Shown piece by piece: positions 14,300 through 28,430 of a DNA stretch of 64,000 nt; positions within the stretch are counted from its first letter, which is position 1, and each line of letters starts with the position of its first letter. The notes under the pieces were generated by a model. The model saw only the letters and a program-made list of their open reading frames with translations, did not search any database and was not told the DNA's origin. The translations under genes and the position numbers were made by a program. The stretch is from the human T2T-CHM13v2.0 reference genome, Homo sapiens, in assembly GCF_009914755.1 (NCBI RefSeq), contig NC_060930.1; one strand, given 5' to 3'.

Positions 14300-14560
14300 C
14301 TTTTATTTCTTGCTTTTCCTGAAGCCTGCTACAATTATGGTAGAAGTAAAAAAAATAAAAGGTATTAACACATAGTAACCTAAAGAATGCCAGGTGATGC
14401 AGGAATAGACAAGAGATGTGAAAAATATTTGGAAAATTGAAAACAGGTGGATGGGGGATGTGATACCCAAGTATGCTCCCCAGTGAAGCTCATTGATTCA
14501 CACGGTAAAACCCCGGGGAGACTCAGGAATTGGAATGTTTGCTCTCTTGGAAGTTAAATC
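14300..14560 (+). mobile_element. HAL1/L1ME 5' fragment
   Basis: A-rich text resembling the HAL1 5' region; the HAL1 body resumes at ~17570. Confidence 0.4.
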
Positions 14561-14599
14561 TTTAAATATCATTTCACAACCCTCAATTTAAATCAAGTT

Positions 14600-14805
14600 C
14601 ATAACTTGGCCCTAATTTCCAGACTTGAGATAGAAATCTCAATGGCTTCTTTGACATCTCCAATTGGATGTCTTTAACGACACCTCAAAACTTCACATTT
14701 CCAAACAAAATTCTGGTTCTATCCTTCTTAAAACCCGCAATCTTCTCACCTCACTCTTCCACAACTCCTTTTTCCCCATGGTTTAGGCCAAAACCTTAGA
14801 ATCAG
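14600..14805 (+). mobile_element. L2 fragment
   Basis: 'gacatctccaattggatgtct...cacctcaaaacttcacatttccaaa...ggccaaaaccttagaatca'. Confidence 0.7.
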
Positions 14806-16468
14806 GAATTTCTGTGTCATTCCTACTTTTCCTGCAAAGTACAACTGAAAACCCTAAAAACTGTACGTGAAACAAATATAAGAAGACTTTGAAAGGTAGA
14901 GAGAAGAAAGCAGACTGTCTAGGGACCTCAAAACTCAAGGAACAATGTGATGGTGAGTTTCCTGGGTTTTTATTTTTGCCCCATGTATTCTAGACTTGCT
15001 GCTGAAGAAGGCTACACTAAGAAACACCGAAGACACAGACATAAAAAATATCTTGAGTCAAAGATTGAGGAAATGGGCAGCCTACCAAGACAGAAAATAT
15101 TTAGACAAGAACTGCTCTGCTCCAGGCATACATCACAGGAAAAACTGTGACCCACCTTCACCCACACAAGAAAAGACCTCGTAGACAGCCTAGAATTTCA
15201 CCCTCACAAAGCTGTGAGGTGACCCTCTCCCTGCCTTCAGGGTAGTATCAGAAGAAGCCCAATAGCAAGTGAGCCCTTTTACCACCACCCACTGAGGCCA
15301 CCCTGAATACAATATCAGTAGTAATTGGATGTGAAACTGGAGCTCCCACCCTTGCCCAGTAATAATGAAAATGGTTTATTACATTTTAGTAAAGGTGAAG
15401 ATAGGCAGAGGGGATTAAAAAACACAATCTAACTATATACCAACTACAGAAACTTGCTGCCCATATAATATAAATAGGTTGACAGTAAGTGGATGGAAAA
15501 AGATTAATCAGGCAAATATTAATGAAAGAAAGTAGAAATGGCTATACTAATACAAATGTAGACTTAGAGCAAATAAAATTCCTAGAAATAGAAAGAGACA
15601 TTTTATAATGACAAAAGGCACAATCTACCAAGAAGACACAGCAATTCTAAATGTGTATGCCAAATAAAAGAGTTGTAAAATATGTGAACACAAACTGATA
15701 GAACTGAAGAGAAATAGACAAATCCACAATTATAGTTGGAGACTTCAACACTCCTCTATCAAAAATTGATATAAGACACAGAAGAATTCAACAACACCAT
15801 CAACCAATAAGATCTAATTGGCATTTATAGAATGCTCCACTCAACAAGAACAGATACAAATTCCTTTCAAGTAGTCATGAAATATATAGCAAGATAGACC
15901 ACATCCTGGGCCATAAAACAAACCTCAACACATTTAAATAATTGAAATTATACAGACTGTTTTCAACCACAATGGAATCAAAGTAGAAATCAATATCAGA
16001 AAGAAAACAAAAATATCTCCAAATACTTAGAAACTAAAGTACACACTAAATAATCCATGAGTCAAAGAGTAAATCTCAGGGAAAATTTAAAAAATAACTA
16101 CATTGAACTGAATGATAAATACAACATATCAAAATTTCTAAGATACAACTAAAGCAGTGCTAAGAGGCAAATTTATAGTACTAAATACATGCGTTAGACA
16201 AGAGGAAAAATCTCAAATCAATAATCTAAGCTCCAAACTCAAGAAACTAGAAAAGGGAGAACAAAATAAACCCAAAGTAAGCAGACAGAAGGCACTAGTA
16301 CAGAGCAGAAATCAATTAAATGAAAAACAGAAAAAACAGTAGAGAAAACCAATGTAACCAGGATCTAGTTCTTTGAAAAGCTCAATAAAATCAATAAACC
16401 TCTAAGAAAACTGATAAAGAAAAAATAGAGAAGACACAAATTACCAAAATAAGAAATTAAACATGGGA

Positions 16469-16756
16469 GGCCAGGTGCGGTGGCTCACGCTTATAATCCC
16501 AACACTTTGGGAGGCCCAGGCTGTTGGATCACTTGAGGTCAGGAGTTCGAGACCAGTCTGGCCAACATGGCAAAACCCCATCTTTACTAAAAATACAAAA
16601 ATTATCCAGGTGTGGTAGTGCACACCTGTAATCCCCAGCTACTCAGGTGGCTGAGGCAGAAGGATTGCTTGAACCCAGGAGGTGGAAGTTGCAGTGAACC
16701 AAGATCACACCACTGGCACTCCAGCCTGGGTGACAGAGTGAGACTCTCTCTCAGAC
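16469..16756 (+). mobile_element. AluSx/Sz
   Basis: Full dimer; TSD aaattaaacatg on both sides of the Alu plus its expanded tail. Confidence 0.92.
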
Positions 16757-16980
16757 AAAAGAAGAAGAAAGAAAGAGAGAGAGAGAGAGAAGGAAGGAAG
16801 GAAGGAAGGAAGGAAGGAAGGAAGGAAGGAAGGAGGGAAGGGAAGGGAAGGGAAGGGAAGGGAAGGAAAGGGAAGGGAAGGGAGGGGAAGGGAGGGGAGG
16901 AGAGGGGAGGGGAGGGGAGGGGAGGGAAGGGAAGGGAAGGGAAGAGGGGAAGGAAAGAAGGAAAGAAAAAGAAAGAAAGA
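16757..16980 (+). repeat. 224-nt pure-purine compound microsatellite (GAAA/GA/(GGAA)10/GGGAA/GGGGA) grown from an Alu tail
   Basis: No C or T between 16757 and 16980; ten perfect GGAA units at 16792-16831. Confidence 0.97.
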
Positions 16981-17129
16981 CAAGAAACAAAGAAAAATTA
17001 AACATGAAACATTACTAGGAACCCTGCAGATATTAAAAGGATCATAAGAGAATACTATAAACAATTCTACACACATAAATTTAACAACTCAGATGAAATA
17101 GACGAATTTCTCAAAAAATACAAACTACC

Positions 17130-17443
<314 letters not shown>

Positions 17444-17569
17444 TTACCCAATATGAAAGAGAGAGCTCATATAGCCCAGTAATTGTTAAGAAAATAGAGT
17501 TTGTAATTTTAAATCCTCCCCCAGCCCCAAAATATCTCTAGACCCAGATGGTCTCTCTGGAGTTACTTA

Positions 17570-18520
17570 CAAAGGATCAGGAATGAAGATCATGGGTGGA
17601 CTTCTGAACAGCAATGCTGGAAGCTGTAAGACCGTGCAGCAATGCCTTTGAAAACTGAGATGAAATTTTTCCTACTGAAAATTCTGTTCCAGCTAAATGA
17701 TCAACGAAGTGTGAGGATTAAATAAAGACATTTTCAAATACGCAAGCCTGAAACTTTACCTCCAATGCCTTGATGAATATGCTCCCCCAAAACAAGAGAA
17801 TAAATTAAGAAAGGAAGACATGGGGTCCAGGAACAGGGGATCTTTCAAAGGAGAGGGACATTTACAATCTCCTAGTAAGTGATGAGACAGATACCAGGAT
17901 GATAGCTGTGCAGCAAATCTAGAGAATGAGAAGGAAGAAGCCCCAGGGAACATATTTCCAAGAAAATCAGTGGATCTCTTTTGTTGGGAAATCTGGTAAA
18001 AGTATTAGTTATAGGAACACAGAAAACAAGACAAATTAAAAAACAAACAATGACTAACTCCAGGAAAAACAAGGAGTCGTACTATCAGAAAGAAAATATA
18101 ATCATAATATGCTATGTATCCTCACTGTGAACAAAATTTCCACAGTTATAATAACATAATCATCTAATTATAATTTAGCTATGTATTTTCATGTAACTAT
18201 ATTGGGAGGATGTAGGATGCAAACACAAACAGGTGTGTATGGCTAAAGGTATCTGTGAAATTTTCCATATAAAATTTCCCAGATATCTTTTATACAAGTC
18301 AATAGAGAATATCCAAATTGGAAAAATTAATGAATAGTAAGTGTGTCACTTAGACAAGTGGATGTAAATACAAGAAATAACACTAAAAGAATTAAAATGG
18401 GTTGTCTCAGGGGTATGGTACTCAGGGGTATGGATGACAGGTACATTTTTTTTTTCCTTATATGCCTTGTAATACTACTTGGCACTGTAAACTGTGTATA
18501 TGTACTACTTTGATAAAAAT
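17570..18520 (+). mobile_element. HAL1 (half-L1)
   Basis: 'aacagcaatgctggaagc...gaagacatggggtccaggaacaggggatc...ccaggatgatagctgtgcagc', characteristic of HAL1. Confidence 0.75.
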
Positions 18521-18523
18521 TAA

Positions 18524-18835
<312 letters not shown>

Positions 18836-19564
18836 GTTAGATAAGTTTTGAGTGTTCCTTTGTTCTCATTATGAACTTTCACAGCTCTGCCCACCAGCTA
18901 GCTCTGCTACCCACACTCCGAGATGTGGAGAGCAACAAAAGCAGAGGGGATTGACATTTCTTCACCTGGTGAAATGGGTAAAAGGTTTCAATTAAGCTTC
19001 TGTGAAACAGTCAAACAGTGAGTACTGTGAAACAGTGAATGGGAACAACTCACAGCCCTCTCAATATCGTGGTTCTCATTTGCCTGACTGAGTAGCAGGA
19101 AGTTTATAGTTCAGGATATTTTTGTTGACCAAAAGGTGAGATATTTGGAGTTTGTTTATGTATAATCTCAGCATATAAACTCAGAAGCTTTTCAAGCAAA
19201 TCCCATTATTGACCTTGGAAATAAAACGTCTAGGAAGCTCAGAAATGATGAAGGTGTTCTCAAAAACAAAGGGTAAAGCTTTCCTCCATCTGGGGTTTTG
19301 ACAGTGTCCACCTGAAGAAGGCCAAGGTCCATCACTCGGACAAGCCCTCCCTTCAAGGTTGTGTGGGCCTCCAATTCTGCAGTGTGGAGCTCTTGTTAAA
19401 TATTTTTATGGGCAGAAGCAACGCAAAAGGCCTGCCTGGAGAATTCTCTCTTGACAGGAAGGTGAGCTGCAGTGGGAGAACTAGGGCCTTTTTCTTTTCC
19501 ATTGATGCTCTGAGCAAACTCTGATAAAGTATAAATAATAATAATAAAATAAAAAAACCATCTA

Positions 19565-20182
<618 letters not shown>

Positions 20183-20217
20183 TCATATCATGGTTACCTT
20201 CTTAGAGGTAAGAGCTC

Positions 20218-20504
<287 letters not shown>

Positions 20505-22249
20505 CTAGGTATGCTCTTTTTCTACCAGAATGACCACAGTGAAAGGTTGTGACCAGGGAGGCGGTGCAATCAGAGCAGACACCATGTGTCTGTCCAGCAG
20601 CCGTCTTTATTCCTATAGATTGGGAGGTTTAGGCTGATGCCATCAGCACTGCTCTACATGCCCTCCCCTCCTGCAAACCCAGAAAACACTTCTGAGAAGA
20701 TCAAGTGCCTGATAGAAACGATTCCGTATCCCCCAAGTAAACAGCATGCATAAAAAGAAGCAGAACCCTTTATCCTTTAAAGAAAGTGTTTTGACAGATT
20801 TTCCATGTAATGTAAAGAAAATAAAGAAGAAAATTAAGAGTCTCTGCATATTCATGATATTTCCCCTGTGGAGCATTTTGGTGCTATTTCGATAGCCGTG
20901 GGTGGTACCCTCTCTGGGGAAGTTTCTAGCTCTAAATGACATGGAACATATACATGCTCGCATGAGCACATTGTATCTGCATTTATACCAAATCCTGGGC
21001 AAGATGGGGAGCTGAAATCATCACTGTGAGAAATGGACATTGACTCTGAAATACACCAAACTTTGGCCTGTGTTTGAGTTCTTCCAATTGGCTCATATTC
21101 AAACACAGAAATGTCATTTTAAAGATAAATCAAAGCTAGTAAATAAATATTAGACATTTTGGTGGTCAGATTCTAAATAACTAAGTGAAATTGCATCCAC
21201 TTAAAATATTAAGTAGTTTTTCCCAAGGCTAAAAAGCATCTGTTTTTTTGCTATGAAAAAAAAATGTCAGTCGATGTCTTAGAAAAATGTCATTTGCTAA
21301 GTTTCCACATCTCCAAAGTGGGTCAGCCGTGATGCTTGTTTGTTTGTTTGTTCCTGCTCAGATTCACAGGCTTCTTGGGATTAACCATACGGGGTAAGTG
21401 AAGATGAAGCAAAAGGAATCTGATCTGAGATCCTGACCAAATTGTCCCTGTCATCTTCGAGGAGAGAACGTACGTCTATTAAGGGATACTTTGATCCCTC
21501 TCATCCCTTCAAAGTTTGGCTCCAATCTTACCTACCTGGAAAGGCAGTTGTGAAGATGTATCCCACACCCTTGAAATTAAATCTCCACCATGTCCGTCTT
21601 CTTCTCTTATATTCTCAGAGAGGATTATATTTGTTTGCAGTTAATTATCCTTTTGTTTATAAGAATGGTTTCATTTTTCTCACAAGTATACACATCATTC
21701 GCCTTTGTTGGAATGCAGTCTTGGAGAACAGTGTGGGTCTCCCCAGAGTATGCAGGACAGAACTGTGTCCCCAGAGCCCCCTCACATTGCTGCTGCTGTC
21801 TAACTGCCTCTCTCACTGTGTCAATGTTTGGCACTAATCACCAAAACAAATGCATCATTTGATCTGCTACAGGGAAACCTCAATTAAAAATATGTGAACA
21901 TTTTATGCTTGGAGAAATAACTTATGTAAGGTTTTCTTCATAATACCTGATATCTCTTTTAAAGGGTATGCTTATTCTATAAAATATGTTAGATAAATTC
22001 TCGATAAGCCGCAGTGGTTGTTAAACAAACGCAACTACGATTAAGATAACAGCTGTGATAAATGGCTTAAAATAAACAATGAAATTCTTAGACATTTAAA
22101 AGGAACGTGGTAAGTGGAAAGAGCATAAATAAGATGGGAAACCAGGACATTGCTGTTCTTGATCCAGGCTAGGGCTCCAGTGTCCTCATCTTATCTGAAG
22201 GAAGTAGTTATGGTCTTTATGAGTTCTGTAAGGTTTATTAGTCTCAGTT

Positions 22250-22310
22250 ACTTTTCTTTTTAAAAATTGTTTTTAAGCTTACAAAAGTATTCTTCCAGCT
22301 GGGGCTGCAA

Positions 22311-22345
<35 letters not shown>

Positions 22346-23010
22346 TTATTAACCCCCTACAACAATGTCAAGCAATGTGGAATTTTTGAGTAAAATGTAA
22401 ATGGTCTCCTTTTCCCTCTTCTGACTCCTCCCTGCCAGATCCTTGTGCAATTTCTGTACACCTCATGTGTGCACACATGCACATGTGAACATGTGGATTT
22501 TTTGGTATATAAATGATACCACATATACATATTGTTTGGAGTTTTACTGTTTTCATTTAGTAACTGACATTTTTCCAATCAAATTCAAATCCGTTTCATC
22601 CTACTCATAGGCTGTATGATATTCCATAAAAGAGTCACATCATAATTATTCTTCTGTAGAAAGCCACTTAAGCTGCTTCTTATTTTTGATCCTACTTGTA
22701 ATGCTTCCATGAACATCCTTGTACAGGTATCTTTGAGTGTGTACATGAATATCTTTGTAGGAAAGTTTCTAGAAGAAAAGTTTCTGGGTCAAAGAGTTTG
22801 TGCATTTTTAATCTTAATGGGTATTGCCAAACTGACTTCCCAAAGGATTTTTATCATTCCAGAGATAGTCCATGAGACTGTCCATTTCCTCACAGCTTTA
22901 CCAACACTGGATGTTACCAGATTTTTTTTTTTTGACTCTCTAACAATATGGTTTAATTGGCATTTCCCTGTTTAAATTTGCATTCACCTTATTATCAATA
23001 AGATGAAAAA
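22250..23010 (-). mobile_element. L1ME 3' region
   Basis: 'atgaacatccttgtacaggtatctttg...ctgggtcaaagagt...gtattgccaaactg...ccatttcctcacagc'. Confidence 0.75.
22283..22350 (+). other. Micro retro-insertion: 19 nt + A29 between duplicated target sites
   Basis: aaaagtattctt | ccagctggggctgcaaggt | A29, overlapping the second copy aaaagtattatt. Confidence 0.6.
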
Positions 23011-23736
23011 TCTCATTAGTTATTGATTTTTGTTTCTCTTTCTATTTCTTCTCTTTCGTACCTACAGATTTCATCAAATATCTGATCATCCTTTGTTGAT
23101 CATACTGTTTACAAACAAATTAATAAAATTCAACAAAATTAATAAATTCAACAGTATTCATAGTTGGGTTGCATTTCTTCTGCAATTATTACTCTTATTT
23201 ACTCTTTCTTTCTTCCATAAAACTTTCCTCAGAATTGGAGGGCTTTGGTGGAAGTGAGCAGTGCATGGTAGGGAGCCAGTACAAAGGCTGGAGGCCTCAT
23301 CAGTTCCAAGGAAGGAAGGCTTTGTTCTGGGAGCCTTCGTGTCACTTCTGAGAGGAGCTGCATTTGGGGGATTTTCCTTCCATCCAAGCTATTATAGACA
23401 TTTCAGGCTCAGCTTCTCTCTCCAGCCTCAACATCTAAAGTAGAAGCCCCCCGTCCCCAGATCCTTCCTAGACTAAAACCGTAGTCTGGGAGCTCTGGTT
23501 TGGGGACAAACACCTCGAAGCTAGCCAGTCCCCTTGGGCCAGGCGGGAGAAGGTTGTAAGAGTCCCAGCCGTTCTGCAGACAGCCCTTCTTCCACTGCTC
23601 ACCTTGTATATCTCCTTCACAGCCCACTCGTGCTCTAGGTATTGGTGACTTGGGAGTTTCTGAAAGGCTCCCACCTCTGTAGCAGCCTCCTCCTGCATGG
23701 GTTTTGGATTTCAATTCTCTCAGTCCATCAAATTAA

Positions 23737-23928
23737 GTGGGTCTCTGCTGGGGGCATCTGACAATGTTTGAAGATATTTTTGGTTGTCACAATTTAGGGG
23801 GAGTATCGCCGGTATTTAGTGGGTAGAGGCCAGGCATGTTAATAAACCCCCTACGATGCATAGGACAGCCCCGCAACAAAGAATTATCCAGTCCAATGTC
23901 TCAGTAGAGCCAAGTTTGAGAAACCCTG
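23737..23928 (+). mobile_element. MER20 (hAT-Charlie)
   Basis: 'ggttgtcacaa...agtgggtagaggccagg...aacaaagaattatcc...gagaaaccctg'. Confidence 0.9.
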
Positions 23929-24048
23929 ATCTAATCCCACCTATTTTCTTTCTTTAATACACCCTTTCCTGTTTCCCAATGCTTATATAACTTTATTCTT
24001 TTGAAACATATTTCGTGTAATTTCAATGAGATTGGGGGAGAGAGAGGA

Positions 24049-24391
24049 TGTCTTAGACAGTTCTGGCTGCTGTCACAAAGTACCGTCAAATGGGTGGCTT
24101 ATGAACAAGAGAAATTTCTTCCTCACTGTTCTGGAGGCTGGAAGTCCAACATGGTCAGGTTCTGGTGGGGGCCCTCTTCTGGGTTTCAGACTGCTGACTT
24201 CTCATTATATCTTCACATGGTTAAAAGAACAAAAAACCTATCTGGAGTCTCTTTTATCATGGAATGAATCCCATCATGAAGGCCACCCTCATGACCTAAT
24301 CATTTCCCAAAGATTCCACCTCCTAATATCATCACCTTGGAGGCTACCATTTTAAGATACAAATTTTGGGGGACACATTTAGTCCATTGCA
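24049..24391 (-). mobile_element. MLT1A-type MaLR solo LTR
   Basis: 'tgtcttag...gggggacacatttagtccattgca'; perfect TSD gagga (24044, 24392). Confidence 0.9.
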
Positions 24392-24865
24392 GAGGACAAG
24401 CATATTGATGAATTTAGTCTGCTGTCACAAATGAGGAGATGCAGTTTATTATTTTACTAATACACCTTGGGTAGAGATCAATGAGCAAACATTTCTTAAA
24501 TATGCACCACGTACATGCCACGCGCATACACTCTGTAGTCTGAGTCAAGCTTGAGGACTGTGGAAATGGGTTCAGATTTCATTCTCAAACTCTTCTCTTC
24601 CTATTACAGTTTTTCACAAGTCACATCTGACTAAAATGAATGCATAGTGCAGTGTTAAAGGGCCAAAATTGTAAGTGTCAACATATACAAAAAGGCTGTG
24701 TGTCACAAGGGAAAAGATCATCCCCTACTCTACTTTGTTGTCTTGGTGATAGTGGGGAACTTGCAGGCTGCTTGTGGTGTTTCTAACTTGATATCCAAAC
24801 ATGAGAGCTCATGTTCCCAGGAAAACAGAAGGTTGGAGTTGAAAGAACCTTAGAGATCATATGGT

Positions 24866-25320
24866 TTGTGGTTGACTGTTACATTCATGGCCTCCATGAA
24901 GTACATCCTGTGTAGTCTCCTTTCCCATTGACTATGGGCTCAGCCATGAGACTTGCTTTGGCCACCAGGATGGCAGCAAATATAATGCCAGGAAAGGCTT
25001 GATAAATGCTTTTGCTTCAGGTCTTCCTCCTTTTGGAACACAGCTGCACCAGTCAGAAACTCAGTATCCTGCAAGACACAGGGCATCCTGGCTGGCAGCC
25101 CAGGCTAATTACCAGACAGGTGAGTGAAGACACCTTGGACTACCCAACCTTAGGTGAGCTGCTAAAAGGCTGCCTCTGAATGAGTGAGCACTGGTAAGAC
25201 CAGCAGAAGAACCAACCAGCTAATCCCAGCTTAACGGCAGAATTGTGAGCAAATAAATTGTTGTTGGTATAAGCCATTGATTTTGAGGCTGTTTGTAACA
25301 TCAGTAGATACACATAGTAC
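24866..25320 (+). mobile_element. MLT1G/H-type MaLR LTR
   Basis: 'gacttgctttggcca...ccagcagaagaacca...agaattgtgagcaaataaa...taagcca...ttttgagg'. Confidence 0.85.
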
Positions 25321-26211
25321 AACAACTTCCTTTTAGAGACAAGACAATTAAGAAAGTCATGCTATACATAGTAGCCAAATTCTCAGGCCAGCTCCACAAA
25401 AGCCCACAATAGGCCTGAAGGTGGTACTAATAATATTCTTTCAATTACCTCCACACCATGTCACATTATGTAAAGGGTGAGTTCTTGGTCTCAACATTGC
25501 ATGTCAAGTTTATGTTATGCACACACCCTCTCTCTTATACTCCTTAATACTGCCACCCCCATTTAAGTTGGGAAAGAGGGAGTAGACTGTAGTAGCTACT
25601 TCTAAAACTCTCCCAAGTGCTACTGCATTAAAGAAACATCTTTCCAGACTTTCCACATTCCAGATGTTCTGAAAAAGGAAGCCAGTCAGGTGGTTGGTTG
25701 CACAAGGACCCAGATCTCAAAGGGAGTAGGAAATTAATTCTGATTGCTGTTGAGTATAGAAAGGCTCAATTTTATGTTCTGATTTGTAAAATCGGGCACT
25801 GCCTACCTCTGAGCACCAAGTGTCCCCAGTCTGGCAGCTCTAATCACATGGCACAGAATCACAACTCTTAATTGAAGGATGACTCTTGGCTAAGTTCCAC
25901 AGGACACTAAGAAGTTTAACACATAATTCTAGACCTCAAGGGATTTTCTGTCTAGATGAAAAGAGAGATCACATGCCTACAGGAAAATGTCATCAATAGA
26001 GCTTAAGTTGGTTTAAACAATTGTTATCATACTGGTTATGAAGTTGTTGAAATAATTCCCTATTAACAGACTCAAGTCTCCTGAGATCCCCGAGCCCTTG
26101 CACCGGTGTTCCTGGCTCCTCCTCCAGGTTCCAGAGCTCCCAAAAACTCTCCCAGGATCAGCAACTGAAGCACTGAAGCTTTCCACTACAGGCAATCTCC
26201 ACAACCCTGTC

Positions 26212-26288
26212 TATCATGGCCCTGTCCATTCCGATTGGCCAGTGACCATCAAGTATAGGTTATTAAATATTCTGAATATCACTGTGGA
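26212..26288 (-). mobile_element. Small hAT fossil (MamRep1894-like)
   Basis: Reverse complement reads 'gtgatattcagaatatttaataacc...ccaatcggaatggac'. Confidence 0.45.
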
Positions 26289-26346
26289 GGATAGGCAGTA
26301 AACTTTAATTTCTAAACGAGTGGCAGAGATGCCAGGTGTTGCCATG

Positions 26347-26529
26347 TTAGGTGAGCTGCTAAAAGGCTGCCTCTGAATAAGTGAGCACTGGTAAGACCAG
26401 CAGAAGAACCACCCAGCTAATCCCAGCTTAATTGCAGAATTGTGAGCAAATAAATGGTTGTTGGTATAAGCCATTGATTTTGAGGCTGTTTGTAACATCA
26501 ATAGATAAACATAGTACAACACCTTCCTT
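26347..26529 (+). repeat. 183-bp direct duplicate of 25150-25332
   Basis: Ungapped alignment with 8 mismatches (counted by eye). Confidence 0.97.
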
Positions 26530-28027
26530 GAATATGTCCAAAGGGGTAGATAACATGCACCGCTATATTAGCATACTCAGAGGGGAGGTTTATATGATCT
26601 GGAGAGATGGGTGGTACACAAATAATGAGGGAAGACCAAGGCCCTTGCTATGCCCAATTCATAAAACATAATTAGAATAGTGTAAGTACAAGCCAGAAGT
26701 TGCCCAGTTAAACGACAGAACTGGGGATGCAGTTTGGGACTTTATAATCCCTATATCCATGCTAATCCCCAGAAAAGAGGGGGACAAATTATTTTCTAAA
26801 ATAAGTAACTAAAATGGGATATGGAGGCAGGATGAAAAAGGTTGTTCCAAGGCTAGGGTTCTTCCAGGGAGTGAGATTTTTTTTGAAGACTAGCAGGTGA
26901 TATGCTTGAAAAGGAAGAAAAGAGCCATAAATAAAAACACACACACACAATTCTAGCAGACTCTGGTTTCCCATGAACGCAATCAACAGAATAGATTTTG
27001 TAGTTTTTTTGTAGCTCAACATACTTACAGTTGCCAAACCATACTGTTAATATTTTACCAGATGAGTATCTTTTTATGATCTGTGTTCAATATAATTGAT
27101 AGCACTACTAAGTATACTGAACACTTACAACGCCAAAATAAAAAATAATTTATTCTAACACTATCACAACAACAAACATCATTAACATCACACCAACCAT
27201 ATCACTTTTCACTGTTTCATTCATCTCTAGCCATTCCACTGCCCCAGCTCACCAGAGGAGTCAAGCTTAGAGTGTGGCCCAAGCTGTTGAAAGAGGGTGA
27301 CCAGGATGCTGGAGCTCACGGTCATCAAAGGCCTGTCTGCATAAGCCCCTCATTTAAAAGAGAGAAATGTGGGCTAGGCATTCCCTGGAATCCCATGACA
27401 TTGACAGTCTTGGAAGAATGAAAGAGTTTAAGCCTTTCTAGTCTAATGTCTAATTTGAGAGGACAGCCGACTTCTCAGAACGGAAGCCAGAGAATATTTA
27501 TGACTAATCTAGTCTCCCCTTTCCTTCTGTAATGCTCTGCAGTTCTAAGAAGGCAAAGGACATTTCAAGAAGGAGAAACAACCTGTGCAAAGGCTCAGAG
27601 AAAAAAAAAGGTGGAACGAGGCCACATTTGAAGGATGATGAGGGGTCTCAAGAGGCTGGTGGGACCTGGATGGATTTTGACCAAGAAAGGGAGGTGAGTT
27701 TACTCCATTTGTATGTATCCTTGAGGTACATTAGCTACTTCAGGGCCAGAAATAGATGTTCTGGACTATGTCTTGATTAAATTAATAGAATTCACGTGAT
27801 AGGATCCTCTCTATCTCATTTTATATAGTAGCTATGAGCAGTGTCCCAATTCTATTTTACACTTAATAAATTGGGAGCACACTAATACCAACGAGTGAAG
27901 ACCTTTCCTTAGAAGGCTCCAGTCCTTGGAAAAGTTGATGTCTCCTCGAAGCCCTAAAACTTCTGAAGTCCTGTGATTAAAGTGGTAAATAATAGGTCAT
28001 TTTTTAGGCAGAACAACCAAGGCATAC

Positions 28028-28430
28028 TGTTATGGACTGAATTGTGTCTCCCCCACAACCCTCCCAAAATTCATGTGTTGAAGTCATAAGCCTCAGTATC
28101 TCAGAATGTGACCTTATTTGGAGATAAGTTCTTTAAAGAGGTAATTAAGTTAACGCGAGGTAATTAGGATGGAGCCCTAACCCAAGAGGACAGATGTCCT
28201 TATAAGAAGAGGAGAGGAGGAACAGCCACACACAGAGGGAAGACCACGCGAGGACACAGGGAGAAGATGCCACCTACAAGCCAAGGAGAGAGGCCCCGGG
28301 AGAAACCAAGCCTGTGGACACCTGGATCTCGGGCTTCAGCCTCCAAAACCATGAGAAAGTACATTTCTGTTGCTGAAGCCCCCCCAGGCTGTGGTGCTTT
28401 GTTAGGGCAAAAATCCCGAGCAGACAAATA
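28028..28430 (+). mobile_element. MLT1B solo LTR
   Basis: Complete 'tgttatggactgaattgtgtc...gcagacaaata'; flanks catac/tgtac are consistent with CpG decay of a CGTAC TSD. Confidence 0.92.

Noticed and set aside
16612-17076. Three overlapping ORFs rich in R/K/E/G or P/S/F/L
   Set aside because: Translations of an Alu and its purine microsatellite, which cannot contain stop codons.
20883-20970. Small hairpins (GCTAT-TTCG-ATAGC; TGCTC-GCAT-GAGCA)
   Set aside because: Five-bp stems occur often by chance; no tRNA, snoRNA or miRNA-like fold is evident.
25140-26522. Two ORFs with near-identical N-termini (MLYYVYLLMLQTASK...)
   Set aside because: A by-product of the 183-bp duplication, read antisense through an MLT1 LTR.
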